DNA from: Candidatus Omnitrophota bacterium
GTDB taxonomy: Bacteria > Omnitrophota > Omnitrophia > Omnitrophales > Aquincolibacteriaceae
Direction: 5' to 3'
DNA: 64,000 bases
NCBI GenBank assembly: GCA_023247035.1
Contig: JAHFHG010000002.1
Span: 12,090-76,089 of the forward strand
Under the pieces are notes generated by a model. The model was not told where the DNA came from. It worked only from the letters and a program-made list of their open reading frames with translations, and did no database searches. Position numbers and translations under genes: made by a program. The stretch's first letter is position 1. Each line of letters begins with the position of its first letter. Shown in pieces: positions 19,512 through 28,334 of this stretch.

Positions 19512-19840
19512 ACTACCGGCATCAGAGCCTTGCGGCAGGCCGCTGGAATCAGATGATGTTTGTCGAGCAAATGGCGAATATCGGAAGTGAAGTGGAACGC
19601 GCCCTCAATGGGCGGGCAAAAAAGAATGAAGGGTCCTCACAAAAAGCGTTTGAGCGGGCTTTGGAGTTAATGGATTTGACGCTGGGAAGCGCTTCAGGCT
19701 TTGCGCGGCTTAAAGAACTTGCCCGCGTCCGGGAAGCCCTGGTCGATTATTTTTTCGGAACCAATCAGTTTCGGTCCACAGAAGAATCGTGGAGGAAGTA
19801 TTTCCTGCATTTTAACTTTGCCGCGCGCAGGAATCGTTGA
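19508..19840 (+). CDS. Helical hypothetical protein coupled to the DUF5674 gene
   Basis: ATGA overlap; GRW...EQMANIGSEVERA...AFERALELMDLT. Confidence 0.75.
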   Translation: MNYRHQSLAAGRWNQMMFVEQMANIGSEVERALNGRAKKNEGSSQKAFERALELMDLTLGSASGFARLKELARVREALVDYFFGTNQFRSTEESWRKYFLHFNFAARRNR

Positions 19841-19844
19841 GTCC

Positions 19845-20156
19845 GTGAAGCGGACAGGCTCATTCCACGTCTACATCGTTCAATGCTCGAATGGAAGTTA
19901 TTACACCGGAAGCACGAGCAATTTAAAAAAAAGGATTGAGCGGCACCGCCAAGGCCGCGGAGCAAAATATCTGCGCGGCAAAGCGCCGATCCGGCTCGTG
20001 TACGCCAAAGAATACCGATATTATAAAAATGTGCTGCGGGCGGAAAGGGATTTGAAGAAATTGAAACGAAAACAGAAACAGGCGCTGATTTTGAATGATG
20101 CTCAAACCCGCAAACTCATGGAAAGAGCCCTTCCTCCCTGCAGTTCTCGGGTTTGA
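19845..20156 (+). CDS. Small GIY-YIG nuclease family protein
   Basis: HVYIVQC...YYTG...RIERHRQGRGAKY...AERDLKK. Confidence 0.85.
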   Translation: MKRTGSFHVYIVQCSNGSYYTGSTSNLKKRIERHRQGRGAKYLRGKAPIRLVYAKEYRYYKNVLRAERDLKKLKRKQKQALILNDAQTRKLMERALPPCSSRV

Positions 20157-20260
20157 AGCGCGGCCTTCCCAAGCGATCCGGCCTAAAAGTTTGACCTGTG
20201 AACCGCTCGACGAAGATTGGTTATTTGAAGGAAGGTTTTAGTTTCATCAATAAGGAAAAA

Positions 20261-20902
20261 ATGTTTTCTGGAATCGTTCAAAATCGAGGGATTGTCCGGC
20301 GGCGGATCCCACAAAACGGCCAAGTCCGATTTTCATTCCGTCTGGAAAAGCCGGAAAAAGGATTGAGGATCGGCGAAAGCATTGCCGTGGACGGCGTTTG
20401 TTTAACGGCCGCTAAAATTGGATCGCGGACCTTTGAAGCGGACGTCATCCGAGAGACTTTAGAGGCGACGACCCTCCGCCGCCTTAAAATGGGAGAGCGG
20501 GTCAATCTGGAACGCGCTCTGAAGTTTGGAGATCGGTTAAGCGGGCACTTTGTGACCGGCCACGTCGACGCTCAAGGAATTCTCCGGAAGATCCGGAAAA
20601 AAGGCGCTAACCGGACTTTTTTCATCGAAGCGCCGAAAGACATATTGAAATTCATTGCGCGAAAAGGATCGATTGCCGTCGACGGCGTCAGCCTTACGAT
20701 CCAAGATCGCTTTGGAAGGATTTTTTCCGTGGGTCTTGTCCCTCACACGCTCAGCGCCACTTCATTGCGCCTCAAAAAAATAGGAGACCCTGTAAATTTA
20801 GAAGCCGACTTGATGGCCCGCTATTTGGACCTTTTAAATTCCGCCGTCCCGCGCGACTTCCGGCGCCTTCAAATTTCAACTTTAAAGAAGCGGGGATTTT
20901 AA
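20261..20902 (+). CDS. ribE: Riboflavin synthase (alpha chain)
   Basis: MFSGIV start, GESIAVDGVCLT, VNLERAL, GHFVTGHVD, GSIAVDGVSLT. Confidence 0.95.
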   Translation: MFSGIVQNRGIVRRRIPQNGQVRFSFRLEKPEKGLRIGESIAVDGVCLTAAKIGSRTFEADVIRETLEATTLRRLKMGERVNLERALKFGDRLSGHFVTGHVDAQGILRKIRKKGANRTFFIEAPKDILKFIARKGSIAVDGVSLTIQDRFGRIFSVGLVPHTLSATSLRLKKIGDPVNLEADLMARYLDLLNSAVPRDFRRLQISTLKKRGF

Positions 20903-20903
20903 A

Positions 20904-22739
20904 TTGCCCAGCGCCCCGCCGCCTCAAGGAATCAGAATCCACAATGTGACGACGAATGTGACGGGCCGCACGCCGGTCGAGCGGATTGTCTCGGATCAAG
21001 TTTGGCAAAGCGAAATCCGGCCGGTTCTTTCCAGATTTCTTCAGGGCCCCGGAATCAAACATCACAAGGCCTTGATCGGGCAATGGATCATCGAATATGT
21101 TGGAAATGACCCGCATATGCACGAGTTTTTCGTCAAGAATTGGAAGCCGGCGCCGGCCGAAGCCTCGCCGCACATTCAAAGTTACGTTTTCACCGGGATT
21201 CAAGATCGTGAAGGGATGAAAAAGTTTCTGGGATTGAGGAGCGAGGAGGAGGTCCGTAATCACCGGGAAAATTTTTTGCGGATCATTCAAAATAATAAAA
21301 AATACCGCAGCGCGCTGCGCGATCCGAGACTCAAAGAGATCGAGAGGTATCCCGAAAACGAGCAGCTTGATATCGCGCTTTTCGCGCCCGCCACGGTCTA
21401 TGGCCCGCAGGAAAAAAGTTTTGTCAGCCTCAACACGAATTACTACGGCCAGCTCAAATCCAAGTCCTCGTTAGGGCCGCTTGAGGAATACCTGATCGAG
21501 AAAGCGCGCGTCACGCCGGAAGGAAAAATTTTGAATCCTGCGGACGTATGGCTTTCAATGCACGCGGGCTGCAGCGAATACACTGCGGAAAACGGCCAAA
21601 AACGGGGCATTGTCATTCTCGCGCCGACGGGAAGCGGAAAATCGACGCACGGCTACGGCCTGGTCGAGGCCAAAAAACGCAACCGCCTGCATTCCGACGA
21701 TTGGGTTTTTGTCAACCTCGCTTCGCGCGAAGTCATGATCTCCGAAAATCAGTTTTATATGCGCACCAATATCGCCGGCATTTACCCTCACTTAATTCCG
21801 CTGCTGGTCAATCAGCCCTTGGAAAACGCCGCCTTGAGTCCGGAAATCATCCGGCTTCTTGAGCATTTTGATTCGCCCGAAGATTTGCGTAACGCTTTCA
21901 CGGACGGCCGCGTCTCCGCTTCGGATTACCGCAAGATCAGGGAACAGATGATCGAAAATAACGCGGCCCGGGCCTTGATCGATCCGCGGCTCATGGTCGG
22001 CGCGGAAAAATTCATCGAAAAAACAGCGCTGACCGATCTCTTTTTGATGAAGAGGGATTATGACAGCCGGATGGTTTTAAAAATTCTCACGGAAGATGAA
22101 ACGATCGAGATCCTGACGTCGAAGGGAAATGTTTTTAATTATGTTTACGGAAAGTCCGACGCGGACGGCTACGGAATCCTGGAAGGCAGGACAACGGAAA
22201 TTTATTATAATCCTTATCTCTGCCAATGCGGCGTGGATGCCGAAAAAGGGAAAATCAGCGGGTTGGATAAGATCAGGATCGAAGCCTACCGCACGCTTGC
22301 GCGTCATCCGGAGATCCGCGTTTCGTGGGTCAATACGCGGCTTCCTGCGGCGCAATGCCAGTTCTGTCTCCGGCGGTTTCTGGAGGGCGGGATCGATTTT
22401 ATCCAGGTGGAAAAAGGCCGGACCGTCGAGCGGGAAATAATGGATTTGCTTCACCTGAATGAAAAGGAAAAATCGCCGCTTCCGGGGCGCAGAGAAATGG
22501 ACAGGACCGGGCTTTACGACCCCAGCGGGCAGGAGGTCGAGGTGATTGCTTTTTACTCGCAGGACAAAGCCGAAGAGGTCATTGCATTTTTTAAATCTGC
22601 GCAGGAGGGCGTAAAAAATCCGGTCGCCGGATATTTAAGCCGCCCTTTTGCGGAGGCTTCGTTTCGCGTGGAACTCCCAGAAACATTTTTCAAAAAATAC
22701 GCGCGCTTAGGCGTCGGCGAATTGCTTGGGAAGAATTAG
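20904..22739 (+). CDS. Divergent PEP carboxykinase (ATP)-like P-loop protein
   Basis: NYYGQLK, SMHAG, APTGSGKST, HSDDW, ENQFYMRT, NAARA in the order of ATP-PEPCK motifs. Confidence 0.6.
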   Translation: MPSAPPPQGIRIHNVTTNVTGRTPVERIVSDQVWQSEIRPVLSRFLQGPGIKHHKALIGQWIIEYVGNDPHMHEFFVKNWKPAPAEASPHIQSYVFTGIQDREGMKKFLGLRSEEEVRNHRENFLRIIQNNKKYRSALRDPRLKEIERYPENEQLDIALFAPATVYGPQEKSFVSLNTNYYGQLKSKSSLGPLEEYLIEKARVTPEGKILNPADVWLSMHAGCSEYTAENGQKRGIVILAPTGSGKSTHGYGLVEAKKRNRLHSDDWVFVNLASREVMISENQFYMRTNIAGIYPHLIPLLVNQPLENAALSPEIIRLLEHFDSPEDLRNAFTDGRVSASDYRKIREQMIENNAARALIDPRLMVGAEKFIEKTALTDLFLMKRDYDSRMVLKILTEDETIEILTSKGNVFNYVYGKSDADGYGILEGRTTEIYYNPYLCQCGVDAEKGKISGLDKIRIEAYRTLARHPEIRVSWVNTRLPAAQCQFCLRRFLEGGIDFIQVEKGRTVEREIMDLLHLNEKEKSPLPGRREMDRTGLYDPSGQEVEVIAFYSQDKAEEVIAFFKSAQEGVKNPVAGYLSRPFAEASFRVELPETFFKKYARLGVGELLGKN

Positions 22740-22745
22740 CCCGCC

Positions 22746-24158
22746 ATGAATGAAAATTTCCACGCGGTTTTGATTGCCGGCACGCATTCCAGCGCCGGCA
22801 AGACCACCTGGTCGCTCGCTTTAATGGCGCTGGCCCGGAAAAAAGGACTCACGGTGCAGCCCTTTAAGGCGGGCCCGGATTACATCGATCCGGGTTTCCA
22901 TCATGAAATTTGCTCTCCGCGGCGTTCAAGAAACCTCGACCTCTTTTTCCTTTCAAAAGAAAAAATATCCGAGAGTTTTCATAACCGCTCTCGGGATACC
23001 GGCCTCGCGATTGTGGAAGGAGTCATGGGACTTTATGACGGCAAAGGGCCGAGCGGTACCGAAGGAAGCAGCGCGGAACTGGCGAAGATTTTGAGGCTTC
23101 CGGTTCTGTTAGTGATCGACGGCTCGAAAATGGCCGGGAGCGCGGCGGCATTGGTTTCAGGATTTAAAAATTTTGATCCCGCAGTTCATTTGGCCGGTGT
23201 TTTGATCAATCGCGTGCGGCCGGGGCATTTCCATTTGCTCAAGCGGGCGATTGAACTTTCGACGGGGCTCCCGTGTCTTGGATTCCTGCCCGAGGAGGAA
23301 GCCTTTTCGATTCCCGAGAGGCATTTAGGATTGACCCCCGCCGCTGAGACGCAAAATTGGAAAGTGAAAATCGACCGGGCCGCCTCTTTTCTTGAAAAGA
23401 ATTTGGATTGGGATGCTTTCCTCCGGATTTCCACGATTCCAAGACCGCCTGCGCAAGCTCAGCCTAAGGAGAAGGTTGAAAGGAATAAGTCTTCCCAAGA
23501 ACCGGTTAAGATCGGCGTGGCGCGTGACGCCGCTTTTTCCTTTTATTATGAAGACAACTTGGATCTCCTCAACGAGCAGGGAGCGGAGATTCTTTTCTTT
23601 TCTCCCCTTAAGGATCCTGTTTTGCCCGAAGGCTTGGATTTCCTTTATCTGGGAGGCGGATTCCCTGAAATTTACGCCCAGGAGCTCGCCAAGAATGAAT
23701 CGATGATAAAATCCGTCCGGGATTTTTACGCCCGGGGCGGTTTTATTTACGGCGAATGCGGCGGGCTTATTTATTTGGCGGAGGCTTTCTGCGATTCAGA
23801 CGGAACGGAATATCCTTTATTGAAATTGCTGCCGGGAAAAATCGCGATGACCCGCCGGTTGCAGAATTTCGGATACCATGAAATAAAAACGCAAACCGAT
23901 ACTTTCCTATTTTCCAAAAATACGGCGCTTCGATCTCATGAATTCCATTATTCGATTTGGAATCAGGAAGGAAACGCCTCTCCGGCGTATCAGATCGGAG
24001 ACCGGCCGGAAGGTTTTGCGTCCGGGCGGATTTTTGCAAGTTATCAGCACTTGCATTTTGGTTTGGATTCCCGGATTTTAGCCCGGCTGTTTGAAAGTTT
24101 AAAGGCTTCCCAAGATCTTAATCGCGGCAAACAAATAAAAAAGGAGGAAAAACAATGA
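22746..24158 (+). CDS. cbiA: Cobyrinate a,c-diamide synthase
   Basis: AGTHSSAGKTT, KAGPDYIDP, EGVMGLYDG, PERHLGL, AFSFYY, GECGG, HEFHYS. Confidence 0.93.
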   Translation: MNENFHAVLIAGTHSSAGKTTWSLALMALARKKGLTVQPFKAGPDYIDPGFHHEICSPRRSRNLDLFFLSKEKISESFHNRSRDTGLAIVEGVMGLYDGKGPSGTEGSSAELAKILRLPVLLVIDGSKMAGSAAALVSGFKNFDPAVHLAGVLINRVRPGHFHLLKRAIELSTGLPCLGFLPEEEAFSIPERHLGLTPAAETQNWKVKIDRAASFLEKNLDWDAFLRISTIPRPPAQAQPKEKVERNKSSQEPVKIGVARDAAFSFYYEDNLDLLNEQGAEILFFSPLKDPVLPEGLDFLYLGGGFPEIYAQELAKNESMIKSVRDFYARGGFIYGECGGLIYLAEAFCDSDGTEYPLLKLLPGKIAMTRRLQNFGYHEIKTQTDTFLFSKNTALRSHEFHYSIWNQEGNASPAYQIGDRPEGFASGRIFASYQHLHFGLDSRILARLFESLKASQDLNRGKQIKKEEKQ

Positions 24159-24505
24159 AATCAAAACAGACGAAGGCGGTTTTCATTGCGCTGGTTTTGT
24201 CCCTCGGATTTATTTCTAACTTTCCGCTTGCGGCGCAGGCGGCGGGGGAGGGAACGACGGGGGATTATTTCGTCGATATCGGAACGAAGTTCGGCAGGGG
24301 CCTTTGGAACACGGTTTCAAGTCCGGCCGAGATCCCCTGCACGATCACGGCGGATATTCAAAATCAGGGGGGCGTCGGATTTTTCAGCGGTTTTGGAAAG
24401 GGAATCTTGTTTATGCTGCGCCGCATTCTTGTCGGAGTCACCGAAGTCGGCACGTTTATCATTCCGATGGGCGCGACGATTCCTGCTGTTTGCAGTTCGA
24501 AATAA
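24155..24505 (+). CDS. Exported small protein, TIGR04073 (exosortase-associated)-like
   Basis: Signal peptide; KFGRGLWN...PAEIP...RILVGVTEVGTF pattern. Confidence 0.65.
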   Translation: MKSKQTKAVFIALVLSLGFISNFPLAAQAAGEGTTGDYFVDIGTKFGRGLWNTVSSPAEIPCTITADIQNQGGVGFFSGFGKGILFMLRRILVGVTEVGTFIIPMGATIPAVCSSK

Positions 24506-24511
24506 ATACGA

Positions 24512-26041
24512 ATGAAAAAAGCTAAAAGCTTGATGGTGCTCGGCACGGGTTCCGGCGTCGGCAAGTCCTTTGTGGCCGCAGGGCTCTGCCGTTTGCTTTC
24601 CAATTCCGGATTTCGCACGGCCCCTTTCAAGGCGCAAAATATGTCCAACAATTCTTACGTGACGGAGGAGGGCGGAGAAATCGGCCGGGCCCAGGCCGTG
24701 CAAGCGGAGTGCGCCCGGGTCACGCCTCATACGGATATGAATCCGGTGCTTTTAAAACCGGCCTCGGACAACGGCTCTCAAGTGATTTTGCAGGGAAAAT
24801 CGATCGGGCATTTTAAAGCCCGCGAATTTTATTCTCAAAGGGAACGGATCGCAAAGGCCATCCGCGAATCTTACGAACGCCTGTCCGCTTCTTATGAAAT
24901 GATTATCTTAGAAGGCGCGGGAAGCCCGGCGGAAATCAATCTGAAAAAAAATGACCTCGTCAATATGCCGATGGCCCGGCTTGCAGGCGCGCGCTGCATT
25001 CTTGTCGGCGACATTGACCGGGGCGGTGTTTTCGCTTCCCTGATCGGGACGCTGAGCCTGCTGGAGGCTGAGGAACAGGAACGGATCGCCGGATTTGTGA
25101 TCAATAAATTCCGCGGCGATTTCTCGCTTCTTGAAGACGGCCTAGACTTTTTAGAGGAGCGGACGGGAAAAAAAGTCTGGGGCGTGCTTCCTTACGATCG
25201 CGATTTGTGGATCGAGGAAGAGGACGCGCTTGCGGTGGAGAATACGAATTTTCGTGATCCAGATAAACAAAAACTTGATAAACTTGATATCGCCGTCATT
25301 TTGCTGCCGCGGCTTTCCAATTTTACGGATTTCGAAATCCTCAAACACGATCCTTCCGTTCAGCTCCGTTATATCAAAAAACCCGAAGAAGTGGGGGAGC
25401 CTGACCTTTTAATTTTGCCCGGCACGAAAGCGACGCTTGCCGACTTGGCGTACCTTAAGGAAAAGAGATTGGATACAAAGATTCTGGATTTTGCGGATCG
25501 AGGCGGCAGGATCCTCGGCATTTGCGGGGGCTATCAAATGATGGGAACGCGCCTTCGTGATCCGCACGGTTTTGAGGAAAGGAATCAAGGGGAAATCGAA
25601 GGCCTTAAGCTGTTTAAAATGGCCACGGAATTTTATCCTGAAAAGGTGTTGCGAAAGGCCGAAGATTTTGTCGATTCGGAAATTTTCGGCGCGCGCGTTT
25701 CGGGAAAACTGGAGTGTTACGAAATCCATATGGGGCAAAGCACGCTTGAAGAGTCTTATCAACCGTTCGGAACTTGCGGCGCTATCCATCCTTCAGGAAA
25801 AATATTGGGCACGTATTATCACGGATTATTCGACAGCGGGGAATTTCGCGAGTCCTTTTTGAATGCGCTCGCTCAAAGCGCGGGGAAGCGGAGAGCCGGC
25901 GGAGGGCATTTACAATCTGCAGGCCAACTCAAGGAAATTCATTATGAGCGTCTCAGCCGGCTTCTTTTGCAGCGCCTTAATCTGAATTTATTAAGCGAGG
26001 CGTTGGGGATTACGGAATTTCATGCGGTTCCTCAGGCGTAG
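24512..26041 (+). CDS. cobQ: Cobyric acid synthase
   Basis: GTGSGVGKS, PFKAQNMSNNS, EIGRAQ, MNPVLLKP, EGAGSPAEINL, GDIDRGG, SNFTDF, GICGGYQM, HGLFD. Confidence 0.95.
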   Translation: MKKAKSLMVLGTGSGVGKSFVAAGLCRLLSNSGFRTAPFKAQNMSNNSYVTEEGGEIGRAQAVQAECARVTPHTDMNPVLLKPASDNGSQVILQGKSIGHFKAREFYSQRERIAKAIRESYERLSASYEMIILEGAGSPAEINLKKNDLVNMPMARLAGARCILVGDIDRGGVFASLIGTLSLLEAEEQERIAGFVINKFRGDFSLLEDGLDFLEERTGKKVWGVLPYDRDLWIEEEDALAVENTNFRDPDKQKLDKLDIAVILLPRLSNFTDFEILKHDPSVQLRYIKKPEEVGEPDLLILPGTKATLADLAYLKEKRLDTKILDFADRGGRILGICGGYQMMGTRLRDPHGFEERNQGEIEGLKLFKMATEFYPEKVLRKAEDFVDSEIFGARVSGKLECYEIHMGQSTLEESYQPFGTCGAIHPSGKILGTYYHGLFDSGEFRESFLNALAQSAGKRRAGGGHLQSAGQLKEIHYERLSRLLLQRLNLNLLSEALGITEFHAVPQA

Positions 26042-26118
26042 GGGTTGCAATGCCCCCCCTGCGATCAGCGCAACGAATGTATTGCAATTTAGGATTATTG
26101 TTTTATGATTTTTAATCT

Positions 26119-26529
26119 ATGCCGACGAAAAAAGACGCTTACCTGATTATCGCGCACGGGACCCGGGATCCGGAAGGCCGGCGCGCCTTCGGGGAATTTC
26201 TCGGAAAATTCCGGGCGGCTTATCCGCACCGGCATATCCAGGGCGCATTTTTAAGTATGGGCGAACCGACGGTCCCTCAAGCCGTTGAGCGCTGCGTCCA
26301 GGAAGGGGCCCGGCAAATTTTCGTCATTCCTCTTTTGTTTTTTTCCGGCCGGCACGCAAAGGAAGATATCCCCCGCCGCATTCAGGAGGCGAAAAGCACT
26401 TACCCCGAGATTGACTTTCATTATGCGAGTCCGCTCGCCGAAAATCCCAAGTTGTTTTCACTCTTGGAAGAAAAGATGAAGACCTTAACACAAGGTAAGA
26501 TGAAAGGCAAATGCACCAACGCGGTATAA
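26119..26529 (+). CDS. Small sirohydrochlorin chelatase (CbiX(S)/SirB-like)
   Basis: AHGTR and GRHAKEDIP metal-ligand histidines; single domain. Confidence 0.88.
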   Translation: MPTKKDAYLIIAHGTRDPEGRRAFGEFLGKFRAAYPHRHIQGAFLSMGEPTVPQAVERCVQEGARQIFVIPLLFFSGRHAKEDIPRRIQEAKSTYPEIDFHYASPLAENPKLFSLLEEKMKTLTQGKMKGKCTNAV

Positions 26530-27237
26530 AGCGATGAGTTCAACCGCTGGAGGTGCAAGATGGAGTATTCAAACCCTTGAGAGGAAAATGTTGGATGAAG
26601 ACCTGGAGTTTTTAGAAGCTTTGAGGACGTTCGGTCTATGGGATCAGTTTTGGAGGAACTGAGAGAAAAGGATGAAGTCGGTAGAGGGTTTGAAGAGCGT
26701 TCCCGGGATCGGGAAATTCTTCGCGATGCCCATACGCCACGAGATTGAGGGCATCGATTGATTTCAGACATCCGATAAGCTTTGTGCTTATGCAGGATGG
26801 GTCTCCTCGACTTGCGGCATCATCAAGCAAGGGAATAAATGCTTACGGTGTGCGCTTATTGAAGCGGTGATTCCGGCCATTAGAGTCGATGCGCAGTTTA
26901 GAAGTTATTACGAATCCATGAAGGTGAAGAAAGGCGCCAACGCAGCGAAGGCGGCGACAGCAAGAAGACTGCTGAGAATCATTTGCCGGATTTGGAAAGA
27001 GAAAAGATTGTATCGAACACAATCACTTAATGGACCGCTCTCCTCACCTCCTAAAGGTCCCGGATTTATGGGGAGCGTTCTTGGACATAGGTTAGAGGAT
27101 CCGTGAATCGGATTTTACGATGTGCGGCGCTGATGCGGGCACGAATAGAAGGATGATCAGCTTTTATGAGGGGATCAAAGCAACAAAAGCCAATGCAGCC
27201 CCTTAAAAAATAATCTTGCATTTGGCTTTCATAGAAG
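26525..27237 (+). mobile_element. Decayed IS110/IS1111-family element (internally deleted transposase plus 3' non-coding end)
   Basis: RBS+ATG at 26560; frame reads SVPGIGKFFA...EIEGID*F...KLCAYAGW...IIKQGNKCLRCALIEA...AATARRLL, with in-frame TGA at 26759 and the SSG loop missing; element ends approximate. Confidence 0.8.
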
Positions 27238-27247
27238 GAGACAAGGC

Positions 27248-27442
27248 ATGAGCGAATCGAAAAAACCAAAATATGAACCTCCGAAAGTTTACCGCGTTGT
27301 GCTGAACCACGATCAGGCGATCCTTTCGGGCTGCTCCACAGGGACGACGAGTATTTCCAACACGACCGGCGCGAATTGTAATACCAGCTGCCGCCGAAGC
27401 ACGTCCACCGCGACCAGTTCCAACTCATCGGCTTCCTCGTAA
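27248..27442 (+). CDS. Putative RiPP precursor peptide (64 aa)
   Basis: RBS gaaggag; leader KPKYEPPKV (YxxPxV); Ser/Thr/Asn-rich core with 3 Cys; directly upstream of kinase-like and rSAM genes. Confidence 0.8.
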   Translation: MSESKKPKYEPPKVYRVVLNHDQAILSGCSTGTTSISNTTGANCNTSCRRSTSTATSSNSSASS

Positions 27443-27450
27443 AACCGGCG

Positions 27451-28326
27451 ATGCGGAATAAACGCTTTGAGATCGCCAATATTCCGTTTAGTTTCCTTCA
27501 CGATTCCTTTCATATTACCGACTGGCCGAACCCTTTTTATTTCCCGTTTCAAACTCAGAAGCCCGAGTTGATCAGGATACAAACCCGCCGCCTGAGAAAT
27601 ATTCCCTCCCGCGCTTCTTTTTCTGACCTGCGCTTCGACGGCGGTGCGCATTGGCGCCTTTTCGAGAATCACGGGCAATTCGAAGTCCATCTTTTCGATC
27701 CCAAAACCAAAGCGCACGACCGGACGGCGCGTATCTCGCCTGATTTTACGGAAGTGGAGCTGATCCATTGGAAAAAGTCTCATTTCCTGAACTGGATCCT
27801 GCGTCCGCTTGCCGAGATTCTGCTCGTCCATTATCTTGCGTCCCGGGAAGGTTTGCTGGTTCACGCAGCGGCGGTGCGGGACGGCGATCAGGCCTATCTT
27901 TTCGTGGGCCGCTCCGGCGCCGGAAAAACCACGATTTCAACGTTTTGGGCCGGCGTCGAGGGCGACGTTTCTGTTTTGGGAGACGAGCGGCTCGTGGTGC
28001 GGCGCGAGGCCGGCGAATGGTTTGCGTACGGCACTCCCTGGCCGGGAATGGGTTTCCGCTGCAACAATGAACGCGTGCGGATCAGCCGCGTTTTTTTTAT
28101 CCGCCACGGGAGTGAGCATGAAATCATCGAGCAGGGTCCCGCCCTTTATTTTAATGAATTGTTCACGCAGGTTTTTTCCTCTTTTTGGAACCTTGAGGCG
28201 CTCGATCAAATCACGCGGACTTGCCAGAAAGCTGTGGAGGAAATTCCCTGCCGCCTGCTGGCCTTCGCGAAAGCGCCGGATGTGACCGGGTTTGTCAGGA
28301 ATTTTAACTGCGCCGCGCAGCCTTAA
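27451..28326 (+). CDS. HPr kinase-like P-loop protein of RiPP clusters (ScmC-like)
   Basis: GLLVHAAAV, GRSGAGKTT, LGDE, AYGTPWPG. Confidence 0.8.
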   Translation: MRNKRFEIANIPFSFLHDSFHITDWPNPFYFPFQTQKPELIRIQTRRLRNIPSRASFSDLRFDGGAHWRLFENHGQFEVHLFDPKTKAHDRTARISPDFTEVELIHWKKSHFLNWILRPLAEILLVHYLASREGLLVHAAAVRDGDQAYLFVGRSGAGKTTISTFWAGVEGDVSVLGDERLVVRREAGEWFAYGTPWPGMGFRCNNERVRISRVFFIRHGSEHEIIEQGPALYFNELFTQVFSSFWNLEALDQITRTCQKAVEEIPCRLLAFAKAPDVTGFVRNFNCAAQP

Positions 28327-28334
28327 ATCCGCTT

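Noticed and set aside
26042-26118. Possible cobalamin riboswitch near the cob genes
   Set aside because: Too short and lacks the B12-box consensus; looks like a simple promoter region.
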